Shown piece by piece: positions 42,237 through 50,803 of a stretch of DNA of 64,000 nt (its first letter is position 1; every line of letters begins with the position of its first letter). The position numbers and the translations under genes were made by a program. The notes beneath the pieces were generated by a model. That model saw only the letters and a program-made list of their open reading frames with translations, was not told where the DNA came from and ran no database searches. The stretch lies in the IMG/VR virus record IMGVR_UViG_3300032334_001259, positions 62,001-126,000 of that record. The stretch is one strand, 5' to 3'.

Positions 42237-42310
42237 GCCGCCATAGTATAATGGTATTACAGTGGATTAGTAACCCTCTGACGGAAGTTCGATTCTTTCT
42301 GGCGGCACCA
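42237..42310 (+). tRNA. trnT: tRNA-Thr(AGT)
   Basis: gccgcca/tggcggc acceptor; loop tt-agt-aa; anticodon stem only 3/5 paired; CCA. Confidence 0.7.
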
Positions 42311-42314
42311 TATA

Positions 42315-42398
42315 GGAAGATAGCGAGCAAGGTGCTCAAACCGTCTTGAAAACGGTGCCACCGAAAGGTTGATGGTTCGATTCCTTTATCTTCCGCCA
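42315..42398 (+). tRNA. trnS: tRNA-Ser(TGA)
   Basis: ggaagat/atcttcc acceptor; accgt-ct-tga-aa-acggt; long variable arm; G73; CCA. Confidence 0.9.
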
Positions 42399-42402
42399 TA
42401 AT

Positions 42403-42476
42403 GCGGAGTTGGCATATTGGTTGTGCTCCAGCCTTCCAAGCTGGCTAAACGAGTTCGATTCTCGTACTCCGCTCCA
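42403..42476 (+). tRNA. trnG: tRNA-Gly(TCC)
   Basis: gcggagt/actccgc acceptor; ccagc-ct-tcc-aa-gctgg; U73; CCA. Confidence 0.93.
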
Positions 42477-42513
42477 ATTTTTCTCCAAGTCATAAAATCG
42501 TAATAAATATTGT

Positions 42514-42672
42514 ATGGGATATTCAATTGCAAAGATGATCGAGTTTGCGTTATCTTATTTGCTTTCTAATGAATTGCTCGTGGGTAAAACTAATTTACCT
42601 GATTCAACCAAAGAAATTATAATCAATTACTTTAATGAACGTATTGCACAAATACGTTCCGAATACAAATGA
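42514..42672 (+). CDS. Small hypothetical protein (not in ORF track)
   Basis: MGYSIAKMIEFALSYLLSNELLVGKTNLPDSTKEIIINYFNERIAQIRSEYK, 52 aa; AATAAATA upstream; ATGA overlap with the next ORF. Confidence 0.45.
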   Translation: MGYSIAKMIEFALSYLLSNELLVGKTNLPDSTKEIIINYFNERIAQIRSEYK

Positions 42673-42962
42673 AACAACCAACAATAGATAATATAATAAT
42701 AGACCAAACAATAAGTTTGGCACCAAATAAAATACTAATAAAAATATTTCCTAATTTAATTGGAACAGTATTTTTTCCACCACTATCCACAGATTTTCTA
42801 AAAGAAACTATACAAGAACCGCTAAAAAAATGGTGTAATGAACATTTAAGTCCTAGTTACAATATTGTTTATAGATATAATGATGGTGATCCGTATTGGT
42901 CACTTTTTTTAGACGATACAAGTGATGTGAATATTTTTATGCTACGTTTTGGTAAAAATTAA
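42669..42962 (+). CDS. Small protein of the F-x-L/M-R-W/F-G family
   Basis: 97 aa ending SDVNIFMLRFGKN. Confidence 0.6.
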   Translation: MKQPTIDNIIIDQTISLAPNKILIKIFPNLIGTVFFPPLSTDFLKETIQEPLKKWCNEHLSPSYNIVYRYNDGDPYWSLFLDDTSDVNIFMLRFGKN

Positions 42963-43321
42963 AGTCCCATTTCTTTGCGAATCTTTGTCGCACTTATAGC
43001 ATGTATTTCTTCATCAAATACTTCTTGTTCAATTTTATAACCAACATCACGACCATATGTTATGTTTACGATGTTAGGAACAAGTTCTACCACAAAATCT
43101 GTGTGGTGTACATAACCTTTTTCATGTAAACTTTGTATAATACGATTTTTTACATCAACAAAGTTAAATGGATTATTGTCTGTTCCACCAACATCACGTA
43201 TCATAATACATACTTGACCTGTTTTAGAATGTGCCCTTTTAAATAAAGCAAAGTGCCCATCATGCCATGGTTGCCAACGTCCTAACATTTGCACAGTTGG
43301 TGCTTGATTATTCCAAGTCAT
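42959..43321 (-). CDS. HxGH nucleotidyltransferase (cytidylyltransferase/NadM/ATP-sulfurylase superfamily)
   Basis: LGRWQPWHDGH, NP F..V..RI, ISATKIR; ATGA overlap with the upstream kinase. Confidence 0.82.
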   Translation of the reverse strand: MTWNNQAPTVQMLGRWQPWHDGHFALFKRAHSKTGQVCIMIRDVGGTDNNPFNFVDVKNRIIQSLHEKGYVHHTDFVVELVPNIVNITYGRDVGYKIEQEVFDEEIHAISATKIRKEMGL

Positions 43322-43791
43322 GATGATTTTAATCCTTTTAACATTGCTTTGATCCAAGTTGGATGTGTATCAAAATCAAGTTCTTCCGTGATATATTTTG
43401 ACCAAAAATCTGCATCTTGTGTATCTACACGGAAATAATAACTGCCTGGTTCTGGTGGAACAAACATCTTATTTGTATCCTCAAACCTACCTTCTTTAAT
43501 TGTATCAACCCAAATAACAGTAGCAGGCCCAAAGGCCGCACGAGTGGCAGCTGTGGGACATACAAAATCTGCAATTGCCCATGAACCTGCTTCTGTAACT
43601 TGATCACATAGCCAACCCATTCTACGGGCTTGCTCTATGCGATCACTTTCACTAAAACCAAGATGGCTATTAATATTTGCACGAACAGCATCTGCGTTCC
43701 AATGAACTGCTTTAAGTTTAGGAGCCAAGGCTTTTGCCAGAGTGGTTTTACCCGACCCTGGCAAGCCCATTATTAATATTTTCTTGTTCAT
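43318..43791 (-). CDS. cysC: Adenylylsulfate (APS) kinase-like protein
   Basis: GLPGSGKTT, NADAVR, LGFSESDRIEQARR, FVCPT..TR match CysC motifs. Confidence 0.8.
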   Translation of the reverse strand: MNKKILIMGLPGSGKTTLAKALAPKLKAVHWNADAVRANINSHLGFSESDRIEQARRMGWLCDQVTEAGSWAIADFVCPTAATRAAFGPATVIWVDTIKEGRFEDTNKMFVPPEPGSYYFRVDTQDADFWSKYITEELDFDTHPTWIKAMLKGLKSS

Positions 43792-45245
43792 GCAGATGTT
43801 GTTACAAGTTTTTTACGAGTTACATTACTAACAACATAGCAAAGTGCACCACTACCGAATACTTCAATTAATACAGCAAGTGCCATTATGCTTGGACCAC
43901 CGCCGAAAAACTGACCATAGATGTAAAGTGGAATACCAATGAATACTCCTACTGCACTACCAGCAAGGAATCCTTGACGAGTAAGGAAGTCGCCAGCCAT
44001 AAGTGCAAGAATAATTGGAATAGCAAAAGTAAGCATTAATGCCTTGCCCCACATAAACAATACGTTAAGATCAAGACCTGGCATATTAGCTAAACCAACA
44101 CCAATAGCAGCTACTACAACCATTGCAATGCGTCCCCAATAAATTGGATCTTTTCCGTTGAATCCATCGTGAACATCATTACCAATAAGGTTTGCAGCAC
44201 TTACCATTTGTGTATCAATAATGCTTACAAGACCAGCAAATACAACGGCAAGATAAAGAAGTGGCAACCAAGTGCCAACTACATTTGCCATAACCATAAG
44301 GTTAATAAACTGTGTTTGTGGACCACTTACATCATAGTGCAAACCTGCACCAAGCATACCTAACATACCACCAACAACTGGTAGAATCGTCCAATAAAAT
44401 GGTGCCATAATAAATGCCTTACGAACATCTTTTTGTTCAATGCTAAAAGCATTTTGATAAGCTGCATTATCAGTCCATGGTGTTGCAAGATGACCCAAAA
44501 CTGTAGGTAAACCAAAACCAAGGAAAAGTCCAGTAGTAAATGCATCACCCCAAAGTGCGATACCATTACCTGTCTTACCACCAATACCTGCGGCTACTGG
44601 TTCAAATCCAGTTGTACCAAATACAGCGATAGCAACAGTTAATAATACTGCCCAAATTACACCAATTTTAACGATATCAGTTGCAACAGTAGCCTTTTGT
44701 CCACCACGCAAACTGTAGACAAGCGCAATTACAACAAGCAGAATGCTCACTGTAAAAGCATTAAGACCTGTTAACAATTCAACGCTTCTGCTACCAGCAA
44801 AAAGATTGATTGTCATACCTTGCAACATGTATAGAGTTGCAGCCGCAAATACACAATATTGAACAGCACGACCGTATTTGCTTCGGAACCATTGGCTTAA
44901 TGTAAAACCATTAGGATTATCTTGTCTAATTTTATTAGCACCGTAACTAAAAAGTATAAGTGCAAAAAAATTACCAAGACTAAACCAAAATACGCCAGCA
45001 ATACCGTTGTTAAAGCCTTGCTGTGCGGCAACAAACAAACCTGGTGCCCAAATCCACGCAGCACCACTACTCAAACTTCCTTGCCAAAAACCTAACTTAC
45101 GATTAGCAACAAGAAAAGATTCTTTGGTCTTATTGAAGCCTTTGGCAAACCAACTTGTAAGCCAAAAAACAAACAATGCATATAGACCAATTACCAATAG
45201 TCCAGTTTCTTGACTGAAAATTGGAAAAATTTTAGTTACATCCAT
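43788..45245 (-). CDS. Na+/solute symporter (SSS; PutP/Dur3-like)
   Basis: About 13 TM helices; SFLVANR, S..AAWIWA..L, YS..GG.KA...TD, AGLVS.ID. Confidence 0.88.
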   Translation of the reverse strand: MDVTKIFPIFSQETGLLVIGLYALFVFWLTSWFAKGFNKTKESFLVANRKLGFWQGSLSSGAAWIWAPGLFVAAQQGFNNGIAGVFWFSLGNFFALILFSYGANKIRQDNPNGFTLSQWFRSKYGRAVQYCVFAAATLYMLQGMTINLFAGSRSVELLTGLNAFTVSILLVVIALVYSLRGGQKATVATDIVKIGVIWAVLLTVAIAVFGTTGFEPVAAGIGGKTGNGIALWGDAFTTGLFLGFGLPTVLGHLATPWTDNAAYQNAFSIEQKDVRKAFIMAPFYWTILPVVGGMLGMLGAGLHYDVSGPQTQFINLMVMANVVGTWLPLLYLAVVFAGLVSIIDTQMVSAANLIGNDVHDGFNGKDPIYWGRIAMVVVAAIGVGLANMPGLDLNVLFMWGKALMLTFAIPIILALMAGDFLTRQGFLAGSAVGVFIGIPLYIYGQFFGGGPSIMALAVLIEVFGSGALCYVVSNVTRKKLVTTSA

Positions 45246-45257
45246 TTTATTTTCCTT

Positions 45258-46334
45258 TTAATTGAAATAATCTATTAATTCGCCATCTCTGTTAAGGTCA
45301 CATGTTATACAATGTATACCTCCACTCCAGAAATAACGATTTCTGTAATGAGAGACGTGAACATTTATACCATGTTTTTCTAACTCATCACAAATTCTTT
45401 TATTGTAATTGAATACAATTACATTATTCTCATCAATGCTTAACATATTACAGTCAAATACGTTATCCATCATGTATTTCTGCCAACCATTATCTAACCA
45501 TTCATTAGCAAGAGCAGCACGAGCAGCATCTCCTTCTTCACCATAGTTCCATAGGTTATGATTATGTTTTTGTTTGAATCCTAAGAACTTATACATGCTT
45601 ACCAAACTGTCACTGCCATCTGTAGTAATAACCTTCCAGTTTGGAAAATCTTTTGCATATTTTTCACTTCCCATAACACTAACGATAAGACCTGGTTTAA
45701 GTGGACGATACCAACTGTCACGCCAACCTATTTCATCGTATATAATATTCTCATAACCTTCACCAAATTCAGAAACAAATTGTTGAAATTCATTATGTGA
45801 TCCATATCTTTGAAATGGTCCACCATTTCCATATGTCATACGTTTGCCAATTTTGGTCATCCAACCTTCACTGTTTATTTGTGTTTTAGTATGATAAACA
45901 GAATTTCCTTGCGCTTTAACATATTCAACAATATTTTGATATTGAGCATATTGTTCTGGTTCAATAAACCAGTGGATGAATTTATCACCCATCATCATGA
46001 TCCAGTCACGAGGCTGCAGTGGGGGTGGCACTATACACTCGGCTGTGGGATATTCTGTGTATTGTAATGGTAATACAAATTGATCATACCATACTCGTGA
46101 CTGGATTCTCTTTTTGAAATCTGCGTTAGTATCAACCGTGGGACGTATGGTTTTTACACCAAATGATTGTAGCAGTCTTTCTAAATTTTGATAGTCTTCT
46201 TCTGTTTCATATGCTATTTGTTCATAACGACGGCGGACATCAATATCTTTTATAAAACTATAAAATTCTGGTGCATAGGTGCGACCAATTACACAATTTT
46301 TTAATGGTTGAAATAAGCAATGCTTTTCGAACAC
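45258..46334 (-). CDS. Amidinotransferase-family (pentein) protein
   Basis: QPRD, KPGLI, N.LSIDE..V and C-terminal GGIHC.TCD with the nucleophile Cys; the usual H-x-D reads W-R-D. Confidence 0.8.
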   Translation of the reverse strand: MFEKHCLFQPLKNCVIGRTYAPEFYSFIKDIDVRRRYEQIAYETEEDYQNLERLLQSFGVKTIRPTVDTNADFKKRIQSRVWYDQFVLPLQYTEYPTAECIVPPPLQPRDWIMMMGDKFIHWFIEPEQYAQYQNIVEYVKAQGNSVYHTKTQINSEGWMTKIGKRMTYGNGGPFQRYGSHNEFQQFVSEFGEGYENIIYDEIGWRDSWYRPLKPGLIVSVMGSEKYAKDFPNWKVITTDGSDSLVSMYKFLGFKQKHNHNLWNYGEEGDAARAALANEWLDNGWQKYMMDNVFDCNMLSIDENNVIVFNYNKRICDELEKHGINVHVSHYRNRYFWSGGIHCITCDLNRDGELIDYFN

Positions 46335-46345
46335 CTTTTATATCC

Positions 46346-47029
46346 TTAAAATATTTCTTTTTTTTGAACTGCTACTGTATACCCAGACCTACGTATAATA
46401 TCATCTACTTGTGGATTTTCAGCAGATTTTATATATTTTTCATTTGAATCTTCGGCTAAAATTTCTTCTAATCTAGAGTCTTGATATGCTATGGGAAACT
46501 GCAACCATTTTCCAATATCTCGTAGATATATTTTTTTATAAAGATACACAAGTTCAGTGCTTACATAAAAAGGAGTAACATCTAGCCATCTAATATACTG
46601 TGTCATGCATCCCCATGTTGGTCCACCACGAATTCTACTTTGTTGCTTTGTTAATATTGTTTTATCACGTCCTATAATAACAGGTTGAACTTCAATATCT
46701 AAACTTTGTAATTTTGTAATAAATTTAGTAAATGGAGGTATTTGTAATTCATCTTTATTCCAAAATGGAACACTAGCACTTATCACAGCGTAATTCTTAC
46801 CACCCATGATATCTAATGTTATGCTATCAATATCATTCCAATATTTGTTGTTAGGTTCTTTATAATGGGGAACAAAATAATTATCAGGATCACTTGTATC
46901 TAATAATTCTTCCCATCCATGAACATCTGGGTGTAGTGCAAAGATTTTACTAAACAGATGATTTCCACTGCCCTGTGGACCAAAAAGTAAAATAATTTTA
47001 TTTTTTTCTTTATTTTTAAAAAAATCCAT
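46346..47029 (-). CDS. Sulfotransferase-like P-loop protein
   Basis: ILLFGPQGSGNHLFSKIF..HP.V, resembling the 5'-PSB loop G-x-x-R-S-G-T; conserved IIGRD. Confidence 0.55.
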   Translation of the reverse strand: MDFFKNKEKNKIILLFGPQGSGNHLFSKIFALHPDVHGWEELLDTSDPDNYFVPHYKEPNNKYWNDIDSITLDIMGGKNYAVISASVPFWNKDELQIPPFTKFITKLQSLDIEVQPVIIGRDKTILTKQQSRIRGGPTWGCMTQYIRWLDVTPFYVSTELVYLYKKIYLRDIGKWLQFPIAYQDSRLEEILAEDSNEKYIKSAENPQVDDIIRRSGYTVAVQKKEIF

Positions 47030-47044
47030 ACATATTTCCTAAAT

Positions 47045-47057
47045 CATAAATATTTAG
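47045..47057. promoter_or_regulatory. Overlapping divergent late promoters
   Basis: cataaatatttag gives CATAAATA on the plus strand and CTAAATA on the minus strand. Confidence 0.6.
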
Positions 47058-47110
47058 TAAAAAAAAATCTAGTATCTTAAAAATATTTATTAAAATTAGG
47101 AAAAAAATAA

Positions 47111-47851
47111 ATGAACAAGAAAATTTATGAGTTTTTATTAAAAAATTTAAATGAAGCATTTAAATTAGAAAGATACACAGAAATTCGCAATAGTATTGAT
47201 GAAAATACTATTATAACCGATCTTCCTTGGACATTAAAACGTTGGGAAAAATTTAAAAAAGATATCAATGATACTTTTCAAGACGTTGATATAGAATTTA
47301 AAGGGACACTAAAAGAATTTACTGAACACGTTGATTACAAATACCAGTGCCGTGTATGGGGTGGTGAAATGTGGAAACCTCGCACTGAGATTTATCGTTT
47401 TACTGGTTGGAATATCGTCAAGGATGTAAACGATCTTAAACCAAATGCAGTATTAGATGTTGGGTGTGGGTTTAATCAATTTAAAGCACATATACCTGGC
47501 TTGATTGGTATTGACCGTTACAATCCAAATGCCGATTATATGGTTGAAATTATGGATTTTAAATGGAAGCCAGAAAGTTTTGATGCAATTATTGTTTTTG
47601 GAAGTATAAATTTTTACAGCTATGATTGGGTTGCGGAAAGATTCTCTAGAGTATTTGAATTACTTGCACCTGGTGGAACAGTATTTTGTCGTGCAAATCC
47701 ATGGAATACAGAACCAGAAAATAAATGGATTGATCCGTATTACTGGGATTTTGACACCGCCGTTCGTATTGCAGAAGCAAATAATGTTAAATTAGAAACA
47801 TGGAAACAAGATAACGGTGACCGTTTCTATTTTGTTTATAAAAAGCATTAA
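47111..47851 (+). CDS. Class I SAM-dependent methyltransferase with an N-terminal ACP-like extension
   Basis: VLDVGCG motif I, SFDAII, LLAPGG; the N-terminal ~80 aa has an acyl-carrier-like pattern. Confidence 0.8.
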   Translation: MNKKIYEFLLKNLNEAFKLERYTEIRNSIDENTIITDLPWTLKRWEKFKKDINDTFQDVDIEFKGTLKEFTEHVDYKYQCRVWGGEMWKPRTEIYRFTGWNIVKDVNDLKPNAVLDVGCGFNQFKAHIPGLIGIDRYNPNADYMVEIMDFKWKPESFDAIIVFGSINFYSYDWVAERFSRVFELLAPGGTVFCRANPWNTEPENKWIDPYYWDFDTAVRIAEANNVKLETWKQDNGDRFYFVYKKH

Positions 47852-47893
47852 GGTATAGGCTGATCTTACCATAAATATCTTGTAGGATCAGCA

Positions 47894-48988
47894 ATGCCAC
47901 GTTTAAGTCTTTACCGTGAAACACATACAAACGATTACAAATGGCAAGATAATCGTGTTCGTGAATTATACACAATAAGTGGTGTAGGTATAAATGTGCA
48001 CAAATACCTTGGAACAAAAGATCAAGGTGAAACAACCGATTTAACACAACCACAATACAGCACACAAAGTGAAAAGAATATCCAAGATTTACTATTCTTG
48101 GAAAACCGTGACCGTGCATATGATAAAGATGTTTATAATTTACGTGGTCATTATACCATTCAAGACAACGATTTTAACCTAAGTCAATTTGGTCTTATGG
48201 TAACTAATGATACACTTTATATTACATTCCATATCAATGATATGAGTGAACGTCTTGGTCGTAAAATTATGCCAGGCGATGTATTTGAATTACCACACTT
48301 GCGTGATTACAGTCCGCTTGATGAAAGTATACCTGTTCCACTTAAAAAGTTTTATGTTGTTCAAGAAGCAGTACGTGGTAGTGAAGGTTATGCTCAAACT
48401 TGGTGGCCGCATATTTGGCGTTGTAAAGTTACACCTATGGTTGATAGTCAAGAATTTAAAGATATTCTTGACCAAGAAGCAATTAAAGGTGATGGAACAC
48501 CAACTGGTAGCACACTTGGTGATCTACTCAGCAGTTACAATCTCAACGTGCAAATTAATAATGCTGTTATTGCTCAAGCACAAACAGATGTACCAGCAAG
48601 TGGTTATAATGTAAACAAACTTTACATATTACCAACACAAGATGGCATTAGTCCAGTTAAAGTAATTAATGGTTATCTTACTGGTGATGGAACTGCACCA
48701 AATGGATTACCAGTTACGGTTGATGTTGCGTTTCCATTAAATGCAACAGTAGGTGAATATGTATTACGAACAGATTATGTCCCATCACGACTATTCCGTT
48801 ATGATGGCACAGCTTGGCGTGCAATACAAGATGTTCAGCGTGCTAATATTACTGGTGCAAATACAAATACACAACTTGGAACATTTATTAATAACAATGC
48901 AACTGTAACATTGGCGAATGGTTATACTATACCAAGTCGTGAGACACTAAGTAATCTATTCAAGTTACAACCAGATATCATAGGATAA
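47894..48988 (+). CDS. gp14: Neck/head-closure protein
   Basis: IQDLLFLENRDR.YD, FGL..DTLYITFH, GRK.MPGDV.ELPHL; late promoter CATAAATA at 47870-47877. Confidence 0.8.
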   Translation: MPRLSLYRETHTNDYKWQDNRVRELYTISGVGINVHKYLGTKDQGETTDLTQPQYSTQSEKNIQDLLFLENRDRAYDKDVYNLRGHYTIQDNDFNLSQFGLMVTNDTLYITFHINDMSERLGRKIMPGDVFELPHLRDYSPLDESIPVPLKKFYVVQEAVRGSEGYAQTWWPHIWRCKVTPMVDSQEFKDILDQEAIKGDGTPTGSTLGDLLSSYNLNVQINNAVIAQAQTDVPASGYNVNKLYILPTQDGISPVKVINGYLTGDGTAPNGLPVTVDVAFPLNATVGEYVLRTDYVPSRLFRYDGTAWRAIQDVQRANITGANTNTQLGTFINNNATVTLANGYTIPSRETLSNLFKLQPDIIG

Positions 48989-48992
48989 CAGC

Positions 48993-50381
48993 GTGGGTCA
49001 ATATTTCTACGACAAACAGATACGCAGATTTATGGGTCAATTCATTCGCATCTTTGATGAGATGTATGTTGAATTTGGCAAAGATAATAATGGAAATAGT
49101 ATATTAAAACGTGTTCCTGTTCGTTATGCCGATACAAACCGTCAGGTCAGTGCTATATTAAAAAATAATAGTGACAATAGCGTGCTCAATGTTCCAATGA
49201 TGGTTTGTTACATTAAAGAAGTAAACTATGACCGAACTCGCATACAAGAACCAAAATATGTTGATAATAAAAGTTTAAGAACACGTGCGAACGATCCACT
49301 TACAGGAAATACTAACACACAACAAGGACAAAATTATACGTTAAAACGTTTAATGCCAGCACCATATCGGCTGACGGTCGTAGTCGAATTATGGACGAGT
49401 AATTTTGATCAAAAAGCACAACTGTGGGAACAGATTACCACAATGTTTAACCCAGATATGGAAATTCAAGGTAATCAAAATTACTTTGATTGGACAAGTT
49501 TAAGTTATGTATTACTAACATCAACAAGTTGGACTACACGTGATATTCCTGTTGGCGCAGATGATCCAATAGATGTTGCTACGCTAACATTTGAAATGCC
49601 AATTTGGTTTAGCACACCTGCAAAGATTCAAAAACTTGGTATTGTTCAAAGTGTAGTGAGCAACATTTATGATGCTAATGGTAATCCAAGTAATGCACTT
49701 ATAGAAGCAACAAACCAATTAGGTAACCGTCAGTATTTTACTCCAACTGGTTATCAAGTATTAGTAAATCAAGGTAATTTAAAATTATTACCACGTGGTG
49801 GTCCTGAAATTTACGCAAACAGTTACAGTATGCCAACAACAACTGCAAATGCTATTGCTTGGGCACCAGTTATAAATTTATTTGGTAATATTGCAAACAA
49901 CTACAGTATGATGTATCTTACTGATAACAGAACAGATAGGTTGGTTACTGGCACAGTTGCATATGATCCAAACAATCAAAATAATTTGTTTTTTAATGTA
50001 GATAGTGCTACTATACCAACTAATATATTACCAAGTGTAAATGCTATTGTTGATCCACGTGTTTATGGTCCTGGTATAGGATTACCAGCAGCATCAACTG
50101 GTCAACGTTACTTGATAGTAAATCCACTTGGTAATGCATCAACTGGTAATGGTTCAGCGGCTTGGCAAAATGCAAACACGAGTATTACACATGCACTACC
50201 AAATGATATTATTCAATATAACGGTAGTGCTTGGGCTGTTTCATATCGACCAAATAGTATCAGCAATGCAAGTTATGTTACAAACACATACACAAATATT
50301 CAATATGCATGGGATGGAAATCAATGGGTAAAAAGTTGGGAAGGAATTTACCCAGAAGGTCTTTGGTCAATCGTGATCTAA
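48993..50381 (+). CDS. gp15: Tail terminator/sheath stabilizer with C-terminal extension
   Basis: YFYDKQIRRF, VPVRYA, PAPY.L, EQI..FNP, TLTF..P.W. Confidence 0.82.
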   Translation: MGQYFYDKQIRRFMGQFIRIFDEMYVEFGKDNNGNSILKRVPVRYADTNRQVSAILKNNSDNSVLNVPMMVCYIKEVNYDRTRIQEPKYVDNKSLRTRANDPLTGNTNTQQGQNYTLKRLMPAPYRLTVVVELWTSNFDQKAQLWEQITTMFNPDMEIQGNQNYFDWTSLSYVLLTSTSWTTRDIPVGADDPIDVATLTFEMPIWFSTPAKIQKLGIVQSVVSNIYDANGNPSNALIEATNQLGNRQYFTPTGYQVLVNQGNLKLLPRGGPEIYANSYSMPTTTANAIAWAPVINLFGNIANNYSMMYLTDNRTDRLVTGTVAYDPNNQNNLFFNVDSATIPTNILPSVNAIVDPRVYGPGIGLPAASTGQRYLIVNPLGNASTGNGSAAWQNANTSITHALPNDIIQYNGSAWAVSYRPNSISNASYVTNTYTNIQYAWDGNQWVKSWEGIYPEGLWSIVI

Positions 50382-50803
50382 CTGCCGTTGGTGCGCTATT
50401 CATAAGTGAAAAAACTGGTCGTGGTTTATTTCTGCTACGAGATCAAGACACATATAGCAATACATGGGGTTTAGTTGGTGGGCAATTAGAACCAAATGAA
50501 ACATTATATGGTGGATTAGTTCGTGAAGTTATAGAAGAAATTGGATTTGAACCACCAATTAAAAAAGTATTACCACTTGAATATTTTAACAGCCCTGATG
50601 GACATTTTAGTTACCACACATTTGTTGTGATTGTACCACAAGAGTTTATACCAACGTTAAGCAATGAGCATAAAGGTTACAGTTGGTGCAGTTTGGATGC
50701 AACTCCTAAACCATTACATCCTGGTTTATATAATAGTTTGAATAATAAAATTATAAAAGAAAAATTAAAAACGATGCAGCAAATATTAAAAATCACCAGC
50801 TAA
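50363..50803 (+). CDS. Nudix hydrolase
   Basis: Nudix box GGQLEPNETLYGGLVREVIEEIG; probable TTG start behind AGAAGG. Confidence 0.88.
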   Translation: MVNRDLTAVGALFISEKTGRGLFLLRDQDTYSNTWGLVGGQLEPNETLYGGLVREVIEEIGFEPPIKKVLPLEYFNSPDGHFSYHTFVVIVPQEFIPTLSNEHKGYSWCSLDATPKPLHPGLYNSLNNKIIKEKLKTMQQILKITS

